Positions 1 to 8,464 of a stretch of DNA of 64,000 bases are shown here, piece after piece. The number at the start of each line of letters is the position of its first letter. Positions within the stretch are counted from its first letter, which is position 1. Source of the DNA: Anaerolineales bacterium (GTDB lineage Bacteria > Chloroflexota > Anaerolineae > Anaerolineales > E44-bin32); the NCBI GenBank assembly GCA_034417075.1, contig DAOULU010000037.1, positions 41,915 to 105,914 on the forward strand, written 5' to 3'. The position numbers and the translations under genes were made by a program. The notes below the pieces were generated by a model. The model was given only the letters and a program-made list of their open reading frames with translations. It was not told the DNA's origin and searched no databases.

Positions 1-1274
1 TGTGGGCGTTCCCTCTTGTTTTAATACTCTATGTAGTTTCCTCGCAAGCTTTTATATTTAGTTATTCCGGAGCAATGTCCGAGCCATTGTTCTTTCTACT
101 TTCCATTGCGAGTATCTTCTTTCTCCAAGCATTTTTTATGTCAAATAGTAAAAAGCATTTCATAATCGCTTGTATTCTTACTAGTGCGGTTTTCCTGACT
201 CGATATATTGGGATTGCAGTTGTGTTGTCGGGTGGTTTAGCACTGTTAATTTTTTCTCGGGGCAAATTTATAGAAAGATTCAAGACCTCAGCACTTTATC
301 TTACGATTTCATCTTTTCCATTTTTACTTTTTATCGTAAGTATGTTGGCTCGTGGAGATACACCCGGAATCTATCAATCATTTGATCAATCGCTGTGGCA
401 TGAATTAAATCCGGTCAGGGTTGCGATCGCTGATGAAATATGGACCGGATTTCATTTCGATAATCTATTTCCTTGGTCTCAATATCGCTTGAAAATATTA
501 CTTATAATTTGCTGTCTTCTTGTATTGTTGTTTTTTATAGCGCGTTGTGTCCGCTTGCAGAAAAAGCGGAATGATTTCGACATTCATCGAGAATTTTTTT
601 TCCAGGGCGGGGTGATATTCGCTTCAGTAGCCACCTTTTCCGTAACCGTTATTGCGATAACGTATGTTATCGTTCGTGCTCCTCAACCAGCATTGATAGA
701 ACGGGTTCTCCTACCTATCGTCTATAGTTCCATTTTCTCCATTATTTCTTTTCTTTGTTATCTTTCAATTCATAGTAAGAAACGAAGGATCTTTTTTAAT
801 ATTCTTTTGTTATTCCTTGCCAGTAATATTATTGTTGGTAATATCCCGAGCAGTTGGAGCCTCATTCATGATTTACATGAGAAAGGATATGGATTATCAA
901 CCCCAAGCTGGCGAAGTTCAGATGTTATTGCTGCCGTGAAAGATTTACCCAATGATGTTCCATTAATTACCAACGATGCGGCTGCAATTCATTATTATAC
1001 AGGTAGGCCACCTTATGAAATTCATGAGGTGTTTAATAAATCTGCACCCGATATTCAATATAAATACGGAGATAATTTAGATGACAATCGTAATTTACTG
1101 TTTCGTAATGAAGGAGCAGCGCTCGTCTTATTCCGTAATGTGAAATGGCAGCTTTGGATATTATACGAAGATCGGACGCCCGAGATTTTGGAAACGCTGA
1201 CAACAGGTTTGTACCTCTATTATCAGGGATGGGATGGAAATATCTATTTCTATAATGAATTTCCTCCGGAGTAA
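1..1274 (+). CDS. GT-C-like (ArnT/PMT-type) polytopic membrane glycosyltransferase, 5'-truncated by the window edge
   Basis: The frame is open from the window start (WAFPLVLILYVVSSQAFIFSYSGAMSEPLF...). Many TM segments, SEPLF and TRYIG motifs, soluble C-terminus. Co-linear similarity to the ORF at 23886-25520. Confidence 0.6.
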   Translation, partial: WAFPLVLILYVVSSQAFIFSYSGAMSEPLFFLLSIASIFFLQAFFMSNSKKHFIIACILTSAVFLTRYIGIAVVLSGGLALLIFSRGKFIERFKTSALYLTISSFPFLLFIVSMLARGDTPGIYQSFDQSLWHELNPVRVAIADEIWTGFHFDNLFPWSQYRLKILLIICCLLVLLFFIARCVRLQKKRNDFDIHREFFFQGGVIFASVATFSVTVIAITYVIVRAPQPALIERVLLPIVYSSIFSIISFLCYLSIHSKKRRIFFNILLLFLASNIIVGNIPSSWSLIHDLHEKGYGLSTPSWRSSDVIAAVKDLPNDVPLITNDAAAIHYYTGRPPYEIHEVFNKSAPDIQYKYGDNLDDNRNLLFRNEGAALVLFRNVKWQLWILYEDRTPEILETLTTGLYLYYQGWDGNIYFYNEFPPE

Positions 1275-1745
1275 TCGATGAGAGCGTACTTCATTAGCAA
1301 AGTCGGCCAGAATCGTTCAGCGATTCATAGTAGATTGCCGTGCGGATCGTGCTGTATCGTGATTGTCTGATTAGATTAAGTTGCGAGGGTCGATAAATCC
1401 TTCAAGGTAAGAATTATCCGATGATCTCCTTAGAATTCGATCTTGGCTTCAGCGCAGTGTATGTGGAGCAACTTGGCCAGCTTCAATTTTGTTAGTGCAT
1501 GATGATTCTGGCGATTCTTCGAAAACGAAAAAAGCTGGTTATAGGAACCGAAATGGGCATCTAATTACGCATGGAATTTTTTATTATGAACCTGCAAACC
1601 GATTTGCGGGCAAGTAGGTGTTTCAAAAAAGATTATTTGCAGCAAATAGAAGAGAATGGAAAATGCATCATGAATGTCGAGATTATCCCTAGCAAAATGA
1701 AACCTCAACCATGCTTCGTATCGAGGCTTTCTTACAGGTTGAATC

Positions 1746-2660
1746 ATGCCTGATACGACCCTGCTCTGGGATGCCGTAAACCTTTGTGCATTATGCGGAA
1801 GTACCGTAGCTAACCATATCGAGTTTTCGGAACTAATGGATCATGGTGTAACCCTGACCTATTCGTTATGTACAAAATGTGGATTGGTATTCCAATCTCC
1901 CATGATGAGTCAAGCGTCGCTTGATCGGTTTTATGTGGAGCAGTATCGTAAAACCGTTCAGGAATCGGAGGGACCGACGGATAAAGATCTTCGCGTGCAA
2001 ACCGGACGGGCAAGGGCCTTGTCACAATTCGTTCACCGGGATGTCATTGAAATTCGGCGCCTTCTCGATATCGGCAGTTCTGCAGGTATGCTGCTGGAAA
2101 GGTTTCGGGCGGACTTCGGTTGTGAGAGTGTGGGGATCGAACCGGGTGACATTTACCGCGCCTACGCGATGGATAGAAATCTGTGTGTGTTCCCCAATCT
2201 CGAGACGCTGGAAGCGCAGGACGAAGCAGCCTTCGATCTGGTCTCGATGTCACACGTGTTGGAGCATCTCCCTGATCCGCTGGCGTATTTGATCCATCTG
2301 CGCCGGCGCTGGGTTGCTCCGGACGGATGGGTTTTAATCGAGGTCCCCAACCTGTACGGACACCAGACATTCGAACTGGCGCACCTGTATGCGTACACAG
2401 CAGCGACGCTGCGAGAGTTCTTACGGCAGGCGGGTTTCGAAGTCCTGCGGTTGCGCAGCCATGGCAGACCCCGATCCCGGCTCATCCCGTTGTATCTTAC
2501 GGCGCTTGCCCGGCCTCGTTCCGATGAATCTGCCTCGGGACGAATTCGCTCGGGGAGTTTCGGCGTTCGATCGCGCCGACGGCTGGGTATGCTCTGGCGT
2601 CGCATCGCCACAAAGTTCTTCGCCAGGTGGGCGTGGCTGCCCTGGCCTGCGCTCGAGTGA
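1746..2660 (+). CDS. Class I SAM-dependent methyltransferase with N-terminal Zn-ribbon (probable sugar O-methyltransferase)
   Basis: CxxC...CxxC (CALC, CTKC), motif I LLDIGSSAG, HVLEHLPDP, VLIEVPN. Confidence 0.8.
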   Translation: MPDTTLLWDAVNLCALCGSTVANHIEFSELMDHGVTLTYSLCTKCGLVFQSPMMSQASLDRFYVEQYRKTVQESEGPTDKDLRVQTGRARALSQFVHRDVIEIRRLLDIGSSAGMLLERFRADFGCESVGIEPGDIYRAYAMDRNLCVFPNLETLEAQDEAAFDLVSMSHVLEHLPDPLAYLIHLRRRWVAPDGWVLIEVPNLYGHQTFELAHLYAYTAATLREFLRQAGFEVLRLRSHGRPRSRLIPLYLTALARPRSDESASGRIRSGSFGVRSRRRLGMLWRRIATKFFARWAWLPWPALE

Positions 2661-2713
2661 CGGGGCGAAGAGGTCACGATCATGAATCGAGCCGAGGAAG
2701 ACCAGCTATAAAA

Positions 2714-4312
2714 ATGAATCGTAAATTCTACTTCCCCATCACACTTTCGATGTATCCCGTACTTTCACTTCTAGCGACCAACATCGCGCAGGTGGAGTTA
2801 TTGGACGCGATGCGTTCTTTGGTCGTATCCATTCTGCTCGCATGCATTGTCTATGCATTGTTCTGGATTTGGCTCCGAGATACCTTGCGCGCTGCTGTAT
2901 TATCGACATATACATTAATTCTTTTTTTCAGCTATGGACACGTTTATGCATTGATCGAGAATCTAACTCTGTTTTCATACAACATTGGTAGACATCGATA
3001 TCTGCTACTTGCGTGGGTATTGCTGTTCGTCGTCGGATTTATTTGGGTAAAGAGATCTCCACGATTTTTTATCGAGAGTAGTGGGATAATAAATATTGCT
3101 TGCATTTTCATAGTTTCGATTCCGATCCTCAGGATCATCTCATTTGAGATTGGCTCGGCCAATTCTGCTATCGGTGAAGAAAATGAAGAGCAATATGAAT
3201 TCGAAAGGGTCAATATATCGAGCGACATTAGTGTTTCAGAGATCGATACATTCCCCGATATCTATTACATCATATTGGACATGTACACTCGTGGAGATAT
3301 TCTTGAAAGCAAACTAGATTATGATAACTCCCCCTTTTTAAACAATCTCGAACAATTAGGTTTCTACGTGGCATCATGCAGCTATAGCAACTATGGAAAC
3401 ACCGTTCTCTCGCTAGGTTCAAGTTTGAATTTAGATTATTTCCAGAATCTAGTACGGGAATATAACGACACAATCAGTCCATACAAGTATGGCAAACTTG
3501 TGAAGGATAACCAGCTGCGGAATATCCTAAAAAATCTTGGCTATCAAATTATTGCTTTTGAATCAGGCTTTTCTCCTACGGAATGGGACAATGCAGACAA
3601 ATATTTAGCGCCTATAAAGAATATAGTCTTCGGTGGTTTGAATACGTTTGAAAGTATGTTTATAAGGACGACGTTGGGTGTATTCCTTTTCGAGATTCGT
3701 GACTATCTACCCGTGTATATTGCAGAAGGGTTGGACGGCGCATACTTCCAGCATCGGGAACGAATTTTATTTACACTGGATGAAATCGAAAACGTACCAA
3801 GTTTTCCCGGACCTAAATTTGTGTTTGTCCACATCCTTGCTCCTCATAACCCATTTGCATTTGGGCGAAACGGCGAGCCTGTTCGAAGAAATTTCTTCTT
3901 TACGTTGAATAAAGATAGAGATAGTGATACCTGGGATGAATTTGCTCCAGGATACATCGATCAGGTCATATTTCTAAATACACGTATGATTGGAATCATA
4001 AGGCGTATATTGGAGGTTTCAGATCCACAACCCATCATCATTATTCAAGGTGATCACGGGATACCTCGGATGTCTGAACCAGATGAAAGATTCGCGATAT
4101 TAAATGCATATTACTTCGCAGGGCTTTCGAATACGGGTTTATATTCCAACATTTCTCCCGTAAACACTTTTCGGCTCGTACTAACTAACTTATTGGGTAC
4201 GAAGTTTGACCTCTTGGATGACAAGAGTTATTACACACCTCAAGGTCATTCACCTTTGGATTTTGAAGAAATACCTGCGATTGTAAATCCATGTTTATCA
4301 GGGCAAAACTAG
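2714..4312 (+). CDS. Membrane-anchored alkaline-phosphatase/sulfatase-superfamily protein (LtaS/EptA-like fold)
   Basis: About five N-terminal TM helices, then DIYYIILDMY, YGNTVLSLGSSLN, HILAPHNPF and IQGDHG metal-site-like motifs. Start placed at ATG 2714 (MNRKFY). Confidence 0.7.
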   Translation: MNRKFYFPITLSMYPVLSLLATNIAQVELLDAMRSLVVSILLACIVYALFWIWLRDTLRAAVLSTYTLILFFSYGHVYALIENLTLFSYNIGRHRYLLLAWVLLFVVGFIWVKRSPRFFIESSGIINIACIFIVSIPILRIISFEIGSANSAIGEENEEQYEFERVNISSDISVSEIDTFPDIYYIILDMYTRGDILESKLDYDNSPFLNNLEQLGFYVASCSYSNYGNTVLSLGSSLNLDYFQNLVREYNDTISPYKYGKLVKDNQLRNILKNLGYQIIAFESGFSPTEWDNADKYLAPIKNIVFGGLNTFESMFIRTTLGVFLFEIRDYLPVYIAEGLDGAYFQHRERILFTLDEIENVPSFPGPKFVFVHILAPHNPFAFGRNGEPVRRNFFFTLNKDRDSDTWDEFAPGYIDQVIFLNTRMIGIIRRILEVSDPQPIIIIQGDHGIPRMSEPDERFAILNAYYFAGLSNTGLYSNISPVNTFRLVLTNLLGTKFDLLDDKSYYTPQGHSPLDFEEIPAIVNPCLSGQN

Positions 4313-4365
4313 AAATGGCTTTTTACTCACGACAAAGGTCATGTAAAGAGGTTGTATAACAGGCG

Positions 4366-5364
4366 ATGCGATTCTTGATAAGTGGGCTGGGCTCGATCGG
4401 CCGAAGGCATTTGAAGAATCTCACCGCTCTGGGGCAGAGCGACATCGTCTTGCACCGAACGGGTAAGAGCACGCTGCCCGACGACGAACTCGTCAGATAC
4501 CCAGCGGAAAGTGATTTGAATGCGGCGCTCGAGCGCTGGTCTCCGGATGCGGTGATCGTATCCAATCCCACCGCCTTGCATCTCAAAGTCGCAATTCCCG
4601 CTGCGCGGGCAGGCTGTTCGCTCTTGTTGGAAAAACCGATTTCCCACACGCTGGATGGCATGGACGAGCTTTGGGCAGCACTCGAGGCGGGAGGCGGAAA
4701 CGTTCTTGTCGGCTTTCAGTTCCGCTTCCATCCGGGCTTGCAGTACGTGGCTCGGCTCCTGCGTGAGCACGCCATCGGAAACCCAATCAGCGTGCGGGCG
4801 CACTGGGGTGAATACCTGCCTGGATGGCATCCCTGGGAGGATTACCGTGAGTCCTATAGCGCACGCCGCGATATGGGCGGCGGTGTCCTGCTGACGCTCT
4901 GTCACCCCTTCGATTACCTGCGTTGGTTGTTCGGCGAGGTCTCATCGTTGTTCGCATCTGCAGGGAAATTCGGGGAGCTCGATCTTGACGTCGAAGACAC
5001 GGCAGCAGTTCTGCTTTCACTTGAGGGCAATGTCCTCGGCGTGGTCTACCTCGATTACAATCAGCAGCCTGCCAGTCACTGGCTGGAAATCAGCGGCACA
5101 CGAGGCAGCATCCGTTGGGACAACGCGGACGGTGCGGTTCGCTGGTGGACCACGAAGAAGCGGGAGTGGGAAACGTATTTCCCTGCGGATGGTTTCCAAA
5201 GGAACAATTTGTTCCTGGAGGAGATGCGGCATTTTATCGACGTCGTTCGCGGTGAAGCCCAACCGCGGTGCACCCTCGAGGACGGGATCCGGGCATTGAA
5301 GATCGTTTTGGCGGCGAAACGCTCTGCAGCACAATCCGGGAAGGTGGATCTGGAAATTGGCTAA
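4366..5364 (+). CDS. Gfo/Idh/MocA-family oxidoreductase
   Basis: GLGSIGRRH, NPTALH, LLEKP, GGGVLLTLCHPFD. Confidence 0.9.
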   Translation: MRFLISGLGSIGRRHLKNLTALGQSDIVLHRTGKSTLPDDELVRYPAESDLNAALERWSPDAVIVSNPTALHLKVAIPAARAGCSLLLEKPISHTLDGMDELWAALEAGGGNVLVGFQFRFHPGLQYVARLLREHAIGNPISVRAHWGEYLPGWHPWEDYRESYSARRDMGGGVLLTLCHPFDYLRWLFGEVSSLFASAGKFGELDLDVEDTAAVLLSLEGNVLGVVYLDYNQQPASHWLEISGTRGSIRWDNADGAVRWWTTKKREWETYFPADGFQRNNLFLEEMRHFIDVVRGEAQPRCTLEDGIRALKIVLAAKRSAAQSGKVDLEIG

Positions 5365-5404
5365 GTCAACGCTGCTTGAGGAGGAAATTACGCAGAATGC
5401 CGGG

Positions 5405-5413
5405 TGTTATAAT
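5405..5413 (+). promoter_or_regulatory. Extended -10 promoter element (TGTTATAAT) upstream of the SDR-neuA-neuB genes
   Basis: Perfect TGn-TATAAT in the intergenic gap 5365-5542. Confidence 0.5.
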
Positions 5414-5542
5414 CTTCGAACTGTTTTCCAGTCGAGTAGCTTGAAAGAGCGGTTTGATGGACAGGATAAACTCATATGAATGGCTCGATGTTGAAAAAAC
5501 GAGGACAGGGGAATCAATTTGCCTCCCAGCGGGTGGTGACGA

Positions 5543-6364
5543 ATGAGTGAGTTGCCCGCATCCTTCGATCTGTCCGGGAAAGTGGCCGTCGTTACCGGTT
5601 CCGCCGGATTGCTCGGATCCGGTTTTTGCCACACACTGGCCGAAGCGGGTGCGACGGTGGTCCTGGCAGACAACAACGTCGGGGCGAACGAAAATCTGGC
5701 GGATAAGCTGGGCGAGGCAGGTTTCGCCGTTCTCGCTGTGAAATGCGACATCACCGATCCCCATTCAGTCGAAGCGCTGGTGCAGCAGACGCTGCAGCGC
5801 TATGGTCGTCTCGATATCCTGGTCAACAGCGCCGCACTGGATCCCAAATTCGACCCGGAACATCAGGACGAGCACTCCAGCAGCTTCGAGAAGTACGCGC
5901 TCGAGGATTGGAACCAGGCATTGAACGTCAACCTGACCGGGATGTTTTTGGTCACACAGGCAGTTGTCCGGCCGATGCTCGATCAGCGGGATGGCGCAAT
6001 CGTCAACATCTGTTCGACCTACGGGCTCGTGGCGCCGGATCAACGCATCTACCAGCGAGAAGGCCGAGCGCAGGGGTACAAACCGGTATATTACTCGGTC
6101 ACGAAAGCCGGGGTATTGGGTTTCACGCGCTACCTGGCGGGCTACTACGCTGGCAAGAACATCCGCGTCAACGCGCTGACGCCCGGCGGCGTGTACAACC
6201 AGCACGATGAGGCTTTTGTCGAGCAGTACGCCGCACGGACGATGTTGGGACGGATGGCAGACCGTTCGGAAATGAATTCGGCGCTGCTTTTCCTGGCGTC
6301 CGACGCTTCATCGTACATGACGGGTGCGAACTTGGTCGTCGATGGGGGTTGGACGGCATGGTGA
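5543..6364 (+). CDS. SDR oxidoreductase (PtmA/ElaC-like, NulO-cluster associated)
   Basis: TGSAGLLG, NSAA, YSVTK catalytic YxxxK, IRVNALTPGGV, NLVVDGG. Overlaps the neuA start. Confidence 0.85.
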   Translation: MSELPASFDLSGKVAVVTGSAGLLGSGFCHTLAEAGATVVLADNNVGANENLADKLGEAGFAVLAVKCDITDPHSVEALVQQTLQRYGRLDILVNSAALDPKFDPEHQDEHSSSFEKYALEDWNQALNVNLTGMFLVTQAVVRPMLDQRDGAIVNICSTYGLVAPDQRIYQREGRAQGYKPVYYSVTKAGVLGFTRYLAGYYAGKNIRVNALTPGGVYNQHDEAFVEQYAARTMLGRMADRSEMNSALLFLASDASSYMTGANLVVDGGWTAW

Positions 6365-7587
6365 ATAAAGCGGAAGTTTTAGCGATCGTCCCTGCACGGG
6401 CGGGCTCGAAATCCATACCGAAGAAGAACGTACGTCTCTTTGCCGGGCACCCTCTGCTCGCCTACAGCATCGCTGCGGGTCTGCAAGCGGAATATGTTTC
6501 GCGCGTGATCGTCTCCACGGACGACGAAGATTTTGCCGAGATCGCCCGCAGTTACGGGGCGGAAGTTCCTTTTCTGCGGCCGGCGAAGTTCGCTGGTGAT
6601 AACGTCACCGATCTGCCGGTCTTCGAGCATGCCTTGAATTGGTTGCAGGAGGAGGAAAACTACCGGCCGGATGTGGTCGTACAGCTGCGGCCGACGTCTC
6701 CCATTCGCCCGCGCGATTGTGTGGACCGGGCGGTTGAAATCTTGCTCGAAAATCCTCGGGCGGACTCCGTGCGTGGGGTCGTCCCTTCCGGCCAGAATCC
6801 GTACAAAATGTGGCGCTTGACGGACAACGGCGTCATGGAAACTCTGCTGAAGGATGCTGGCGAGGAATCCTACAACAAACCGCGTCAGGAGCTTCCATCG
6901 ACCTACTGGCAGACCGGCCACATCGACGCCATCCGCACAGAGACGATACTCGAGAAGAAATCGATAAGCGGGGATACGATCCTACCGTTGCTGCTCGATG
7001 CAAAGTACACCGTCGACATCGACACGCTCGAAGACTGGCGGCGGGCGGAATACACCTTGATGCACGGCGATCTCGAAGCAGTCTTTCCCGGCCGCAAACC
7101 GAGGCCCTTCCCTCCGACTGTAACCATGGTCGTCATGGATTTCGACGGCGTGTTGACCGACAACCGGGTCTGGGTGGATGGTGAGGGCAACGAGTGGGTG
7201 GCGGCCAATCGTGGGGACGGCTGGGGAATCGCACGTTTGAAAGAGCGTGGCGTTCAGGTCGTCGTTCTCTCGACGGAATCTCACCCTGTGGTGACTGCAC
7301 GCTGCCGCAAACTCGGCATTAATGTGAAGCAGAATCTCGCCGACAAAGCATCTGCCATGAGGGCACTGCTCGAAGAGAGCGGCGTGGATCCTGCGGAGGT
7401 GGTTTTCCTGGGGAACGATGTAAACGACGTCGCCTGTTTTCCGCTCGTGGCATGCGCACTCGCTGTCTCCGATGCCCACACTGACGCTCGTCGGGCGGCG
7501 GACCTGGTGCTCCAGAACCCCGGCGGACACGGGGCTGTGCGAGAACTCTGCGACATGGTGATCCATCAGATGGATGAGGTGTCTTGA
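6358..7587 (+). CDS. neuA: Acylneuraminate cytidylyltransferase fused to a C-terminal KdsC-like HAD phosphatase
   Basis: PARAGSKSIPKKN, QLRPTSP. C-terminal MDFDGVLTD (HAD motif I), LSTE, FLGNDVND, GGHGAVRE. Confidence 0.9.
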   Translation: MVNKAEVLAIVPARAGSKSIPKKNVRLFAGHPLLAYSIAAGLQAEYVSRVIVSTDDEDFAEIARSYGAEVPFLRPAKFAGDNVTDLPVFEHALNWLQEEENYRPDVVVQLRPTSPIRPRDCVDRAVEILLENPRADSVRGVVPSGQNPYKMWRLTDNGVMETLLKDAGEESYNKPRQELPSTYWQTGHIDAIRTETILEKKSISGDTILPLLLDAKYTVDIDTLEDWRRAEYTLMHGDLEAVFPGRKPRPFPPTVTMVVMDFDGVLTDNRVWVDGEGNEWVAANRGDGWGIARLKERGVQVVVLSTESHPVVTARCRKLGINVKQNLADKASAMRALLEESGVDPAEVVFLGNDVNDVACFPLVACALAVSDAHTDARRAADLVLQNPGGHGAVRELCDMVIHQMDEVS

Positions 7588-7588
7588 T

Positions 7589-8464
7589 ATGCCCAGAGAG
7601 ATACGGATTGGCAAGCGGCACATCGGTGAAGGTTATCCGACCTACATCGTGTCGGAAATCGGCATCAACCACAACGGCGAACTTTCCACCACCAAGGCGC
7701 TGATCGACGCCGCGAAGAATGCCGGCGTGGATGCGGTTAAATTCCAGAAGCGCACACCGGATTTATGCGTTCCTGCGGAGCAGCGGGATCAGATGCGAGA
7801 CACGCCATGGGGATATATCTCGTATCTCGATTACCGCCATCGGATTGAATTCGACGAAGAAGAATACCGCGAGATCGACTCCTATTGTAAATCTCTCGAT
7901 CTCACCTGGTTCGCCTCGGCTTGGGATGAACCTTCGGTGGATTTTCTGGAAAAGTTCGACCCCGTTTGTATCAAAATCCCTTCCGCGGCGTTGACCGACC
8001 ACGCGCTTTTAAAACACATCCGGAAAGCCGCCAAACCGGTGATCTTGTCGACCGGGATGTCCACGATGGAGCAGATTCAAGCCGCCGTCGATGTCCTGGG
8101 CACGGATGATTTACTCATCACGCACGCCACGAGTTCCTATCCCTGTGATCCGAACGATCTGAATTTGAAAGTGATCCCGGCGCTTCTGGATGCTTTTCCC
8201 TGTCCGATCGGTTATTCCGGACACGAAGTGGGCTTGGTGCCGTCTGTGGTGGCCGTGGCCATGGGCGCTTGTTTGGTCGAGCGGCACATCACGCTGGATC
8301 GGGCCATGTGGGGATCCGACCAGGCGGCTTCCGTCGAACCGGGTGGGTTTCGGCGGCTGGTCAAATACATCCGCGTCACTGAGGAAGCCCTTGGGGATGG
8401 GGTTAAACGGGTGTATGACAGTGAATTGACCTCCATGCAGAAACTGCGGCGCGTCGGTGGTTAA
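7589..8464 (+). CDS. neuB: N-acetylneuraminate/KDN-9-phosphate synthase family protein (no C-terminal SAF/AFP domain)
   Basis: EIGINHNG, VKFQKRTP, HATSSYP, IGYSGHE, VERHITLD, GSDQAAS. Ends shortly after the TIM barrel. Confidence 0.9.
   Translation: MPREIRIGKRHIGEGYPTYIVSEIGINHNGELSTTKALIDAAKNAGVDAVKFQKRTPDLCVPAEQRDQMRDTPWGYISYLDYRHRIEFDEEEYREIDSYCKSLDLTWFASAWDEPSVDFLEKFDPVCIKIPSAALTDHALLKHIRKAAKPVILSTGMSTMEQIQAAVDVLGTDDLLITHATSSYPCDPNDLNLKVIPALLDAFPCPIGYSGHEVGLVPSVVAVAMGACLVERHITLDRAMWGSDQAASVEPGGFRRLVKYIRVTEEALGDGVKRVYDSELTSMQKLRRVGG

Noticed and set aside
1275-1745. 470-bp intergenic region with 60-aa ORFs on both strands
   Set aside because: No recognisable motif, RNA structure or convincing RBS; treated as non-coding or decayed spacer.
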